From assembly GCF_006345805.1 (NCBI RefSeq), contig NC_042998.1:145700001-145764000 (forward strand): a DNA stretch of 64,000 bases, read 5' to 3'. Of this stretch, positions 13,965-27,237 are shown in pieces; positions within the stretch are counted from its first letter, which is position 1; every line of letters begins with the position of its first letter. The stretch is from Octopus sinensis. Its lineage: Eukaryota. The notes below the pieces were generated by a model. The model saw nothing but the letters and a program-made list of their open reading frames with translations. It ran no database searches and was not told the DNA's origin. The position numbers were made by a program, and so were the translations under genes.

Positions 13965-14192
13965 TAGTGAGTGGTGCACTTGGAAATATCAGCACTGAAC
14001 TACTAACATGTCTTAAAAAGATTGGTACAACTGTAAAGATAGAACACCTACAAAAATCATCATTGCTTGGAACTGCAAGAATTCTTCGCAAGGTTCATGA
14101 AGCATGACCAGTAAACAAGAGTAACCTTAATCTGCTGGCTGTTGACAGCTGACACTTTCCATCATACCCAGCAAAATAAGCTGAGTTTTCAT
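13965..14192 (+). mobile_element. R4/Dong-like non-LTR retrotransposon, extreme 3' fragment inside (TAA)n
   Basis: Translates as SGALGNISTELLTCLKKIGTTVKIEHLQKSSLLGTARILRKVHEA*, the C-terminus of restriction-like-endonuclease (RLE) elements, followed by a short UTR; (TAA)n on both sides. Confidence 0.8.
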
Positions 14193-14195
14193 ATA

Positions 14196-14227
<32 letters not shown>

Positions 14228-14286
14228 TAATAATATAATAATAATAATAATATAATATAATAATAATGATGATGATGATGATAATA

Positions 14287-14321
<35 letters not shown>

Positions 14322-14361
14322 TAATAATAATAATATGATGATGATGATGATGATGATGATG

Positions 14362-14403
<42 letters not shown>

Positions 14404-14424
14404 TTAATAATAATAATAATAATG

Positions 14425-15010
14425 AGCAAATTGCACCAAACCAGAACACCACAGACAAAAATATGAACGGGGGTAATACAAAGCAAATCTAAAACCTGGA
14501 AATAGTGGAGGCGAAATTAATGATTATGATACTCTAAGAATGAGTATTATCAAAGAATTAAAAGCCACAGATTTCAGTATGCACCATCGATTGCACCTCC
14601 CAACAATTAAATTGATAATAAAACAACATTAATAATAAATAACATGAACCTGGCCGTCACAGAACAAATAGCCACAGAAACAAATGTCGGTGTGACTAGT
14701 TAAATGATAAAATATATGCAGCAGCCTCTGTGGCCACAAAAGTAACTGGATACCCCCTGACCCCCATCAAATTGAGGTTTCACCACCCAAACAAACCCTG
14801 TGCATAAATAATATCCAGAAAAAATAGAAAATAAAAGAAAGGATCTGTCAATCCTTAATGAAACTAGTAGTCAATCAACACTACTAAATTACAAGAACAG
14901 GAGAAAATACTACGTAAATACAAAATTACAAAAATAAGGTATACCTGAGGTAAATGAACAGCTAAAGAATGATATCGTCGCCAAAGGTTCAATATCAATA
15001 TCAAACACCC
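14425..15010 (+). mobile_element. R4/Dong-like element, decayed N-terminal ORF region
   Basis: Interrupted frames give IYAAASVATKVTGYP, KRKDLSILNE, KILRKYKI and EVNEQLKNDIVAK, resembling the pre-RT region of R4/Dong ORFs from memory; starts directly after (TAA)n. Confidence 0.6.
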
Positions 15011-15346
15011 ATATTCATCAAAAGCCAAACCCATGCGACTGAGCATTGAAAAAGTGATGAAAATGATGATGCACCGGCATGGTTACAGCCTTAGGACTGA
15101 AAGATATAAAAAGGAATAAAAGAATAAAGGAATATATGTATGTAAGTAGGTATGTATGTATGTATGTATGTATGTATGTATGTATGTATGTATGTATGTA
15201 TGTATATAGGTAGGTAGGTAGGTAGGTAGGTAGGTAGGTAGGTAGGTAGGTAGGTAGGTAGGTAGGTAGGTAGATATGTTTGTATGTATGTTTGTATGTA
15301 TGCATCGATATCCATTTGTCTATCTATATCTATTTACCAACCTATA

Positions 15347-15377
<31 letters not shown>

Positions 15378-15644
15378 ATGTAAGTAACCATGTATATGAA
15401 TATAATCGCTAATCCCATCCCTATGAGATAAAGTATATTACAACTCCCATCCCACAGCACTCGTTTCTTTTCTGTCAAACATTCACACATTTAACCTATC
15501 CATTCCACTAGATCGTACAAAACTATAGCTGCTTTGTATTTTCAGTGAATCAGCTCTTGTGTTGAGAAGCACACACGCACACATAGTAGACTTTAGATAT
15601 AAAGCCTATATATGAAACTGTGTGTGTAACTATGTATATATATT

Positions 15645-15698
<54 letters not shown>

Positions 15699-16234
15699 CA
15701 TGCATGCATATATATATATGTATGCATGTATGTATGTATGTATCAATGTATGTATGTATGTGCGTGTGTGTGTGCATGCATATATATATATATATGTGAG
15801 GTTTTATGAACAAATCCACGGACTAATACCGTAATAGTACAAGGATTCAATAATGACATATTCATTATTAGGGGTCTTAAAAGTCGTGCCATCTTCAAAA
15901 AGGAAAACTTAATAACAAACTGTAATATCTGGCGCATGAGATAGTAAATAGCTGTAACATTAAGCCAATAACTTCGAAACACGATAGTTACAGAAATATG
16001 TGTAAATATGTCGAGATAGAAGACGTGGACAATAAATGATATACTTACTTTTCTCTCTTTTTTCTTACTTCCTCTCTCTCTCTAACTGTCACTCTTTTCC
16101 TCTTTCTATATATATATATGTATATTATATTATGTGTGTGAGTGTGTGTGGTGTGTGTGTGTGTGTGTGTGCGTCCGTGTGCGTGCGTGTGTGTGTATTT
16201 ATATAGGATTTACGTAATAATATATGTAGGGACA

Positions 16235-16810
16235 GCGAGAAAGAGCGCTGGATAAAATGGACGTCAATACTTGTTCCGACTTTTTACGCTCTGAGTTCAA
16301 ATGCTATCAAGGTGAGTTTTCATTTCCCCCACCGGGAGCCGATAACATAAAATGTCAATTACTGAAATCGATGGAAATTTCTAACCGCCTTCCTCTCTAA
16401 ATTGCCGGTCTTTGACTGATTAGCACACAGGACAAAATGCTTATGCTTAGCAGCATTTTAGGTTCTTTAGGTTCGGGGTTCAATTTCCGCCAAGGTCAAC
16501 TTTGCCTCTCATCCTTTCGGGGTCCATGAATTAAGTATCAGTAGAGTACTAGAATCGATGTAAACGGCTAGTCTCCTTCCCAAAATTTCAAGTCTTTTTC
16601 CTATAATAGAAAGGATTATTATTTGGTAAAATCGTTAGCACGCCGGGGAAAATGCTTAGCGGCATTTCGTCCGTTTTTACGTTCTGAGTTCAAATTCCGC
16701 CGAGGTTAACTTTTCCTTTCATCCTTTCGGGGTCGATAAAATAAATACCTGTCGAACACTGGGGCCGATGTAATCGACCAGCCACCTCTTCCCAAATTTC
16801 AGACCTTGTT
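16235..16810 (+). mobile_element. Three consecutive same-orientation SINE copies of increasing intactness
   Basis: Repeated ctgagttcaaat / tttgcctttcatcctttcggggtc bodies at about 16290, 16490 and 16690. Confidence 0.8.
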
Positions 16811-17852
16811 GAAAGCTACTTTTCTGTAAATGTGGTGTTCTTTCGTTCTCTGTCTCTTTCACTTTCTCATTTCTCTCTCTTGCTTTCTCTATCTGTATAT
16901 CTGTCTATCTATCTATTTATTTATCTGTCTATCTGTCTATCTATCTTTCTCTTTATCTTTCTTTCTACCCTCTTGCTGTCTTTCTGCTTGTCTATCTATC
17001 TGTTTGTTTGCATGTCTCTCCTCTTACTCTCTTTCTCTCTCTCTTTCTCTCTCTCTCCCTCTGCAGAAGAAGTATAAATGATGGAAACATGAAATAGCTC
17101 GCTCGTCAATACAAATCGATTCCTTGTAATAGTAATAAGCAACGTACAGTATTAAACAAACGAACGAAAAAAAGACACTGATAGTCAAGTTGAAACACAT
17201 CACTAAATTCATAGATGAAGGGAGGACAAACACAGAAGGGCACCAACTCCTCATCAGTTAACGGCGAGGGTGTCGAGCGCAATTTCGTGCCACTATCGAC
17301 AATTTCGCTTCTCCTCTGGAAGCAACCAGCAAGAATACTTCCTGAGAATGCGACCAAAACATAACAAAACAAAACGAGACGGACAAACACGGATGATCAA
17401 GAAATACTGAAATGGACAAACGAAAATGGATAAAAATAATTCTAAACGAGACTTAGTGAACGGACGAGGGACAAAAACAAAGGAAATAAATAGAATATAC
17501 CTTAAGCGCTAGGCGAAGACAACAAAGAAATAATAATAATACATATACAACGAAAAAGTGGTGGGCTAGCATAGACAAATGTGGAGCAACACAAAGGAGA
17601 AATGAAAAATGTCCTAAAGGACTAAACACAAGAGAAAGGCAGAGCGAGGAAGGCAGAGCGAGGAACGAAGAGAAGAGTGACCAGTTCGGCCAAAAGCAAC
17701 GTGAAAATGGATGACACTGCCTTACATCGTGACTGGTCACGTGGCCGTGGGAGGAGAGTCAAAGTCAGAAGGACTAGAGAAACGGAGACCACGTCCTTGC
17801 GTTGGTGTTTTTTTTTCTTGTTTTTCTTCGTCTTTTTTGGATTAATTATATA

Positions 17853-18085
17853 TATTTCTTTACTACCCACAAGGGGCTAAACACAGAGGGGACAAACAAG
17901 GACAGACAAAGGGATTAAGTCGATTACATCGACCCCAGTGCGTAACTGGTACTTAATTTATCGACCCCGAAAGGATGAAAGGCAAAGTCGACCTCGGCGG
18001 AATTTGAACTCGGAACGTAGCGACAGACGAAATACGGCTACGCAGGTCGCCCGGCGTGCTAACGGTTCTGCCAGCTCGACGCCTT
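17853..18085 (-). mobile_element. Full-length tRNA-derived SINE with a 19-bp tandem duplication of its head
   Basis: Near-identical to 2913-3142; ttctgccagctcgacgcct occurs twice at about 18067-18104. Confidence 0.9.
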
Positions 18086-18804
18086 TCTGCCAGCTCGACG
18101 CCTTCCTGGATTAATTATATATACATACATACATGCATGCATACATACATACATACATACATACATACATACATACATACATACATACATACATACATAC
18201 ATGAAGGAGCCTTGAGCCTAGGTTAGAAACAGGCTCTTTCTCTATTGGATAGAAATCTTGAAATAAAACTGAACAATGACATACATACACACATACATAC
18301 ACGCACACACAACGCAACAACCACGTCGAAAACGTCTCCTTAATTCCCAGTTTCACTTTCAGTTAAAAACCTTACATTTTTACATACTTTTTTTCCATTC
18401 TCGATTTCATCATGGCTACCCAACTTAATTAACTTCCTCACCAATCAAATTAATCACGAAATAATAGTCACTAAACTCTTTTTCAGATTTCCTCAGTCTT
18501 TAATAGCCAGCTATCAAATCTCCAAATCTCTTAATATATAAGCTATTGATTCATCATCGCCACCACCTCCACTTTAAACCAATTAACACCTCACTAGGCC
18601 TTTATTCTCTCTCTCTTTCTCCCTTTATTTTTCCCTACCTCTATCTTCCTCTCTCTCTTTCTTTATATATGTGTGTGTGCATGTGTATGTTGACGCGCGC
18701 GCTTGGGTGTATGAGCGTTTGTATGTGGATATGTATACGCATGTGTATGCGTGTGTGTGTAAATATATATATATATATATATATAAACACATACATATAT
18801 CTAT

Positions 18805-19135
18805 ATCGGTATGCATACATACATACATACATACATACATACATGCATGCCTGCATACATACATACATACATACATACGTAAATACATGCATACATACAT
18901 ACATACATACATACGTAAATACATGCATACATACATACATACATACATACATACATACATACGTACATACATACATACATACATACATACATACATACAT
19001 ACATACATACATACATGCATGCATGCATACATACATACATACATACATACATACATACATACATACATACATACATACGTACATACATACATACATACAT
19101 ACATACATACATACATACATACATACATACATACG
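18805..19135. repeat. Long (CATA)n tetranucleotide tract followed by (GA)n
   Basis: Directly visible; explains the HTYI and MYVC ORFs of 130-225 aa. Confidence 0.97.
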
Positions 19136-19144
19136 GAGAGTGAA

Positions 19145-19185
<41 letters not shown>

Positions 19186-19551
19186 AGAGAGATTTGCACC
19201 TATGTAAGAGTAATATCAAGTAATATTTTATTTATGTCTTTCAACGAAAGCATCCCTTAGGCGAATAGCGAATACCATATTTGTTTATCATTCGAAACTC
19301 GATGAAAAATCTCTTACTTGTTAGAATCATCACAACTTTCATCCTGATTGTTGTTGTCGTCGTTTTTGTTGTTGTGATGCTGGTTGTGGGTATTGTTGAT
19401 GACGGTGACGAAGACAACATTATGGCTGTCGTCGTGATCATTGCGATGACTTATATTACAAAAATAAATAACGGGAGAAAAATAAAAATAAATCTTATAT
19501 AGTGATGCTAGATTTCAAAATGTCCATACATATATATAACACTATAATATG

Positions 19552-20668
19552 CTAGCAAATCTACCCATCTACGATGGAGGCATAAAATGAGGGAGGGAAG
19601 GCATAATAGTAGTATGTATTGAGAAATGTGTAAATGGACTCGATAGATTACTGGGTGATATCTTAGAGAAATCACATTACTGTTGGTGATATGTTAGCTG
19701 AATGACATGTGTTTACGACTAAGTGACGGGATAACAATTCACTTCCGAAATGAAATAGGCTCCCAGCCTCTGTATCATGAATGGTTATGTGAACTACTCC
19801 TAAAGAAAGCCAGAGCTTCCTTCGACCACTACATAAAAAGTATTAAGAAAAACATGTAATTTAGTTATACTTTTATTTTAATTGTTTACGCTTGTTTATA
19901 CTCTTATACATTCAAAGTTCACAAATTTCGTTATTTAAATTATGAATCATATTCCTTTCTATAATATCAATACGATTACAAAATTTCTTTGAAACGATAT
20001 TTTCTGTTTGGTCGACATTAATTTTCAAATTACTGGAGTCTGTTGCTCTACACATAGCGACGTTTAATTGGCCGTGTGTAAACATCGCAGTGGGTAAAAA
20101 TACACCCACACTAAAGTCTGGCCCCGTGACTTGTTCGCTGTGAATGCGCGAGCAGAATCTTTAGGGTTGCAAAAAGTCAAACGTACTTTTCACTGTTCTA
20201 TGCGAATAATGTCTGGATATTCTGGTAACATGGGTTATTTTGATTGACAAAACTGAGATGTAAACAACAGCCGCTTCGATTAGCCGTTTCGAATCCTGCT
20301 CGAGACTGACTCACTTCAATAATCACTAAATAATCACACACACTATATACTGATACACTTTTTTCTGTTTTATTTTCGCTATTAAGCGTCTTCGCAACCC
20401 ACTTCGTATCTACGATGGGGCCACAATAAAAATTCAGAGTTACTCGTGGCCGGTGAATTTTTAATAAAAATGCGAAGGGGATTTATCAATTCAAAAATCG
20501 ATATCCACGAAATAATCATACTTTCTGAACATTTAATGCTGAAAAACCTTCCGAACGACCGTCTTTGTAATCCCGAAAAATATCATAACCGTTGGTCCAG
20601 CCGTCTGGCTGTGAAGAAGGAACAGACGGACAGATGGACAGATGGACATAACGCCTATTATAGTAAGA
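19552..20668 (-). mobile_element. Non-autonomous Helitron (about 1.1 kb) retaining a PIF1-like helicase C-terminal remnant
   Basis: Minus strand starts TCttactataatagg...(ctgtc)n and ends with hairpin ccatc-gta-gatgg plus ...tttgCTAG at 19552. Internal frameshifted peptides AFTANKSRGQTL and GVFLPTAMFTHGQLNVAMCRA...TENIV (ORF 19912-20109) match Helitron RepHel motifs TINKSQGQT and FSHGQLYVAxSR. Confidence 0.85.
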
Positions 20669-20976
20669 TAGCAAATCTGCCCATCTTCGATGGGAAATAA
20701 CGGGATAGTATTTCAAATATAAACCCTCTAAATTCACGAACTGTACGTGGGGAGGGATCCAGATTTAAGCCGTAATTTAACAAAAGAAGAAACAAAGGTG
20801 ATTTATTAATACAAAACTCAATATCCACTTAATAATCATACTTTTTAACATTTCTTTCGCTAAAAACCTTCCTGACTACCTCTTTCGTAATCCCGAAAAA
20901 CATCGTGGTTATTGATCCAGCCGTTTGACCATGAAGAGGGAACAGACAGACAGACCTAACGCTCATTATAGTTAAA
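20669..20976 (-). mobile_element. Shorter (about 310 bp) copy of the same Helitron, head-to-tail with the previous one
   Basis: 20790-20975 is a diverged duplicate of 20470-20668; its 3' hairpin cccatc-gaa-gatggg plus tttgCTA abuts the TC start of the adjacent copy. Confidence 0.75.
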
Positions 20977-21339
20977 TCATATATTGAATTATATCATATT
21001 ATATAATTTGATATGTATTATTTATCATAGTACATATATTATATAATATATTTGGGTAGATAGATAGATAGATAGATAGATGATAGATAGATAGACAGAC
21101 AGACAGATAGATGATTGCAACCGAAATACATTCGCATTGCTCCACCAGAAATCCCTGCTCCCCATTAGCTTTGGTTGATCCCATGTTATCTGTGACTGCT
21201 TCTATAAACTATGAATTTTTTATTTTCATTCTTTATTAGGGCGCGAAGGTTTCCAAAATACATCTGATGTGGCCTGTTGTCCATCACAGTTGCAGTAGCC
21301 AGCAAAACCTATGATGGGTGGAATATGTCCATAAACTTC

Positions 21340-21712
21340 CTCTTAGATTCAACATATTTCCCCTCAGATACACACACATTGCAGCAGTCCATCAGTTTTA
21401 GTAATCTCTATAAGGTCTTCAGTGTGAGAATGTGGTTTGTGGGTGTCAACCACGTCCTCCGCTTCACTTTTGCTAACCATCCGTTTATTTCATCATTATT
21501 TTTTTGTAATTGTTAACGTTCATCCTTCACTCTGTTACTCTCATTCGATCCCCGACCTTTTGTCTGTCCTTGTTTCATCCTCTCTTCATTTAAACCTCAA
21601 TATGGTGAATAAAGAAAAGAGTTTTACTAAGCTCTGTAAAAAAACTCGAATGTTTGAACCTAGGCCTTTCGTGATACCCTTAAAGTCAGGAACTTTTCAG
21701 CACTCCCTCGAA
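21340..21712 (-). mobile_element. Internally deleted mariner derivative (same TIR family as 46734-46954)
   Basis: TIR aaagtcaggaacttttcagcactccctcg at about 21682-21710; minus-strand CNVCVSEGKYVE resembles a mariner transposase C-terminus. Confidence 0.6.
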
Positions 21713-21829
21713 GATATCAAAAGTTAAGAGAACAACCCTAACAGGAAAGAGTTTTGAAGGAATTGGAAATGGAGAACACAACGCCTCAATCTTTTCTAAA
21801 ATATATATTTATTAATATTTATAATTTAG

Positions 21830-22190
21830 AAGGCGGCGATCTGGCAGAAACGTTAGCACGCCGGGTGCAATGAGTATCCGTATTTCGTCTGAGGCTACGT
21901 TCTGAGTTCAAATTTCGCCGAGGTCGATTTTGCCTTTTATCCTTTCGGGATCGATAAATTAAGTACCACCTACGCACTGGGGTCGATGCAATCAACTTAA
22001 TCCGTTTGTCTGTCCTTGCTTTTCCCCTCTGTGTCTAGCCCCTTGTGGGTAGTAAAGAAATGGGTATCTCGGCTGTCTTTACGTTTTGTCTTTACGCCAA
22101 GGTCGACTTTGCCTTTCACTCTTTCGGTGTCGAAAAATTAAGTACCAGTTGCGTACTAGAGTCAATCTAATCGACTACCCCCACCCCGTC
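21830..22190 (+). mobile_element. Composite 1.5-mer SINE (full copy plus second body)
   Basis: Head aaggcggcgatctggcag, tail gtgggtagtaaagaaatgg, then a second ...gtcgactttgcctttcactctttcggtgtcg body. Confidence 0.85.
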
Positions 22191-22264
22191 TCCAGTAGAG
22201 TAGAAAATAATATTTATATTCTAGTTCAGATCTCAGTCAATTTGGTTTCGTACCTATCTTCGCC

Positions 22265-22680
22265 ATGGTGATGAATGTTGTATAATGACCGCAAGATTAC
22301 GTTCGCAAATACATGTAGTCGAAATGGGTTTCTGCCGAAGATTCTCTGGAGTAACGTTACTAGACAGGATTTGTAACTTGGAGATCAGCGAGTCTCTTCA
22401 GGTCGAGTCGTTACTTCACCGCATTGAAAGATAACAGCTCCGGTAATACGGAAATGTGATTAGAATGCCTCAGCAAAAGAATTGTAAGAAGGATTCTTCA
22501 AGCTAAGCCAATCGGTAGACCTTAAGATAGGCAAAGAACAAGATGGTTGTTTAAGTTAGGCACGCTTGGAAATCCAAATGGAAAGAGTAATGACAGTTGT
22601 TTCTGATAGGACCCTATGGAAGAAATACCCGAGAACTCTCTCCTCACAAGCCTTCCTGAAAAAGTCGGTGGAGAAGACGG
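22265..22680 (+). mobile_element. RTE-clade LINE 3' fragment, decayed
   Basis: Translates as GDECCIMTARLRSQIHVVEMGFCRRFSGVTLLDRICNLEISESLQVESLLHRIER*QLR*YGNVIRM, matching the RTE post-RT pattern EMxFLRR...LxDRxRN...QLRWYGHVxRM. Confidence 0.8.
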
Positions 22681-23084
22681 ACGAATGGATGGGTAGATCG
22701 ATAGATGGATTGATGGATGGATGGATTTAGGGAGGAAGGGAGGGAGGGAGGGAGGGAGGGAGGGAGGGAGGGAGGGATGGATGGATGGATGGATGGACGG
22801 ACGGACGGACGGACGGACGGATGGATTGATGGGTGCATGGATCTCAGCTAATAGCATTTTGTTTATCTTATAAATCTGTGGGCTTTTGCTTATGTAAGAA
22901 GTAACTATATATGTGAAATATTGATAAAATGTAATTTCCTGTTCAGATTTTGTGAAAACCGAATTGCATTATAGACACCCAACTAGCTACGAATATGGCG
23001 CCATGATAGATTTTATATTGAAATAAGGTTATTGTGATTGTCAGAATTATGAACTCTCCTTTCAGTCAAAGTTTATATGTGTAT

Positions 23085-23115
<31 letters not shown>

Positions 23116-23384
23116 TATATATATATATGTGTATATATATATACATACATACATACATACATACATATACACATATCGGTCGTTATACACTTTGTGGGCC
23201 AAACACTAATCATAAAAGCAAAATGTAACACAATATACCACGCATAAATTTAGTGCGTGCGTGCGCACGTGTGCATGAGTGTGTGTATATATATATGTGC
23301 GTATGCATACATACATACATACATACATACATACATACATACATACATACATACATACATACATACATGTGTGTGTCGTATGTT

Positions 23385-23580
23385 TAAAAAGCTCACTTTG
23401 GAAACATGATTTCGTATTCAATTCTGTTGCGTGGCACCTAGGACAAGTGCCTTTTACTGTATCCTTAAGCCGCAGACTAATGCTTAATGAGTGGATGTGG
23501 TAGACAGAAATTGCGTAGGAGCCCGTCGTATATATGCATATGGGTATGTGTGTTCCCTATCACCACCGCTTGAGGTTTTA
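23385..23580 (+). mobile_element. Third SINE family (also at about 25030-25170 +, 26195-26355 +, 47175-47290 - and 56880-57060 +)
   Basis: Shared ggttc(c/a)g..ttcagtcc(c/t)actg(c/t)gtggcac.ttgggcaagtg...gacggaaactg...agcccgtcgtatata sequence at several loci. Confidence 0.75.
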
Positions 23581-24123
23581 CAACAGCCAAATTCCATTTG
23601 CCTAGAAAATGTAATGTCAGAAACAAAATAGTTGAAATTGTTTCTACTGAACTCGGATTCTGTGGAGGTGGTGGGGGTGAAATATCACACTGTTCATCTA
23701 TGATATATTTTATTACATTCATAATTAAATACGGGGTTAATAGTAATTATTTATATTGATTGACTACTGTTATGGTGTTTGTAACATCTCTGATACACTT
23801 TATTACAACGGTGATTAAAAGCAAGATTAATCCCAGATTTTAGCATCTCGCCATTTCTCTTCTTTCGGTATCAGCACAAGTCTCTTTTTTCTTTTTTTCT
23901 TCTTTTTTTCTAAATAGCCGCCTTTTTAGCTCATTCAACAAATTTGTTTTTGTTAGCTTTTTCGTTCTTGTTTTTGTTTGTTTTGTTTGTTTTATTTTGT
24001 TTTGTTTTTCTTAGTGGTGTTGTTCTTGTTGGTTCTGTTATATCGTATTTAAGATTGTGATTGTTGTTCAACAAATTAGAACCCCACCTCTGGTTCTACT
24101 CTTTGGTTTTTCAGATCACTCAA

Positions 24124-24163
<40 letters not shown>

Positions 24164-24516
24164 TAATAATAATAATGATAATAATAATAATAATAATAAA
24201 AATAATAATAATAATGAGGATGATAATGAAAAGCCCTATCTCCCCATCAGACTCTCTCCTTTATCTCTTTCTCATTTCTCTCCTTTATATATGTCTCTTC
24301 TTTATATCTCTTTCATTCCTCTTTCCTGTCTCTGTTACACATCCACCCACGCACGCTCTTTCTCCCTCCCTCTTACACTTTCTCTTACACACTCTCTTAC
24401 ACACCCTCCCTCTCTCTCATAGTGTTTCTAGCTTACATTCTCTCGATCATTCTCTCTCTCTCTCTCACTCACCCCATCTCTTTCCCTCCTCCCTCTCTCT
24501 CTCACTCTCTCTCTCA

Positions 24517-24547
<31 letters not shown>

Positions 24548-25175
24548 ATTAGTAGCTGCCTTGTTCTGTTGCCTCATACACCCACGCACAAGTGATATTA
24601 CAAGACTTACTTCAACTTGTGCCTTAAAAAACCTGTAAACTTCATCGATTAAATTCCTCAAAATTACTAATCAATTTGAAAATTTGCATATGATATAAGG
24701 TAGCTGGCGTCAGTACATGGAATAAATTTATAAAGTACTACCAGGCAAAATGCCATGTATCTAGTCCCGTCCATTTACATTCTGAGTTAAGTTCCTTTTC
24801 GAGTTGGACTGTTATCCTTCGGGATCTTGGTAAGAACCAAGCAAGTTCTAGAATCGTTTTAACCAACTGCATCCATCATTCAAAATTCGTGTGGCCTGGT
24901 GGTAATGTATGAAATCGAGTTTTACGTGTAATTATTTATGCAAACTGTCAAAAACGTCCATCACAACACAGGTCTGTCATAATTACTTGTGTATAAAGTG
25001 AAAACTTGAATGCCAAATATTGAAGGCACAGAAACGCCACTGTGGCCATGAAGCACGTGATGTGGGGTTAAGTCTCACTGTGTGGCACATTGGGCATTCT
25101 ATTGCAAGCCAATGTCCTGCGAGTGAATTTAGTATGCAGAAACCGTATGGAAACCTCTCGTTTGTATATACGCAT

Positions 25176-25208
<33 letters not shown>

Positions 25209-25517
25209 CACACACATACATACACACACACATACATACATACATACATACATACAAATATACAATCGTACATAGACACAGACAAACGCACACACACATA
25301 TATTGTCTGCGCTGGCATGTGTGTTTCTGTGTTTAGTAAATACGTTACTAGAAGCGATATTATTAAAGGTATGGAAGACCATAAAGAATATCATTTGAAG
25401 AGGTAATATTAGATGCTATATTAACTGTTCACGTTATATTACTTCCTGTAATCTCTGTCCCTTTAATATCACCTTTAGTAATATAACATTTCTACGCACA
25501 AACATATATGTGTATAT

Positions 25518-25601
<84 letters not shown>

Positions 25602-25948
25602 TATATACATATATATATACAAATACATAAATACATACATACATATATATATATATAATATATACATATATGATCGCATATAGTTATACACGCACACAAG
25701 CCGTAGTTTGACGAGGCCTCAGTTGTAGTATTCGCCAATATGTCTGTCACTATAAAAATGACACTAACAAAATGCAGTAAAAACGATTCTATGTTATAAT
25801 ATTTATATTATAACAGCAGGCGTGCGAATAATCGTCTGTTTGTATGTGAGTCTGTGTAAGAACAGAACAACAATGAATTGTCTAATACATATAACAATGC
25901 GAAAAGCTTTCCAACTTTCCATAGGTTTCATGATATTAGATGATAGAA

Positions 25949-25979
<31 letters not shown>

Positions 25980-26001
25980 CGTCGTCGTCGTCGTCGTCGT
26001 C

Positions 26002-26046
<45 letters not shown>

Positions 26047-26456
26047 ATTATATATATATATATATATACACACACATACACACATACATACACACACGCG
26101 CGGAAACATTTCGAGAAAAACCTCTTCTTCTGTCTATTTCTCTCCCTCTCTGCACACACACACACACACACATGCATATATGTTCACATTGTTGCGACTG
26201 TCTGGTAAAACGCTTGCTTCCCAACCACATGGTTCCGGGTTGAGTCCTACTGTGTGGCACATTGGGCAAGTGTTTTCTATTATAGCCCTGGACCGACAAA
26301 AGGTTTGTGAGCGGATTTGATAGGTGAAGAGTGTGAGATAAGCCCGTTGTGTGTATACATTCATATACATACACATGCACACACACTCACACACATGCAT
26401 TATATTTATATATAATTTTTTCAAGGCTGTGAAAATTTTAGAACATTTATAAATAG

Positions 26457-26504
26457 GTCTTACAGCTGTTTCCAGGATATTTATTATATCTCTTCATCGG
26501 AGAC
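26457..26504 (-). ncRNA. Solo type I hammerhead ribozyme-like motif with one core mutation
   Basis: Minus strand: gtct-CCGATGA-aga-gatat-aataa-atatc-ctg-GAAAC-agct-GTA-agac. Stem I gtct/agac, stem II gatat/atatc, palindromic stem III ACAGCTGT, GUA cleavage triplet. CCGAUGA deviates from CUGAUGA. Confidence 0.6.
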
Positions 26505-26544
26505 GGTGTGAGAAAATGGTTAAGCAATAGTTAATTTAGATAAG

Positions 26545-26582
<38 letters not shown>

Positions 26583-27186
26583 TTCAAATTTACAGAAAAC
26601 AAAGGACGAAAACAGGTCAGGGGACAACAAACAGGCGTATTAGCTTGACGTTCGGGAAGAATGGATAAAAATCGTTAGCGATTCTAGTCAACGCTTTTCG
26701 ACAGAAATAATTGAGAGGGGTAAGAATGAAAGGAGAACGGATAAAAAACGGGGAGCAAAAAATGTGTACGGATTAACGGTTCAACATAAAATGACCGGAA
26801 GAAAGAGTCTGAGTGAAAAAGAGATAATAACGGTGAACCGGCTGAACTAAGGCGTGCAAGTGCGTGCATGTATGTTAGAATGGTGTGTGTGAGTGTATGT
26901 GTGAATGGGGGTGAGCACGTGTGAATGTGTGTGTAAACGAGCTTAAAAGTATCTGGGCTTTAGAACGATCGTGTCTGAATGTATGTGTGGGTGAGCTTCA
27001 GATTATGTGGGCCAGTGTGTGTATATGTATAGTAACCTAGTGAGTACATTGTGTGAAGTGATGTGCGTTTCGTGTATTTGTGTGTGTGTGTGTGTGTGTG
27101 TGCACGTGCGTATGGATGTCTGTAACTGTGCGTGTGGCTGCGTATAGTGTGTGCGTGAGGCTATCGTGTGTGTTTGTGTGTGTGTG

Positions 27187-27237
<51 letters not shown>

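Noticed and set aside
17225-17310. CTGATGAGGAG on the minus strand as a hammerhead
   Set aside because: No correctly placed stem II plus GAAA and stem III could be built in type I, II or III topology.
18546-19223. Long ORFs (130-225 aa) such as 18546-19223, 62646-63207 and 843-1403
   Set aside because: They are translations of (CATA)n, (TA)n, (CA)n or (GA)n tracts, which lack stop codons; no domain content.
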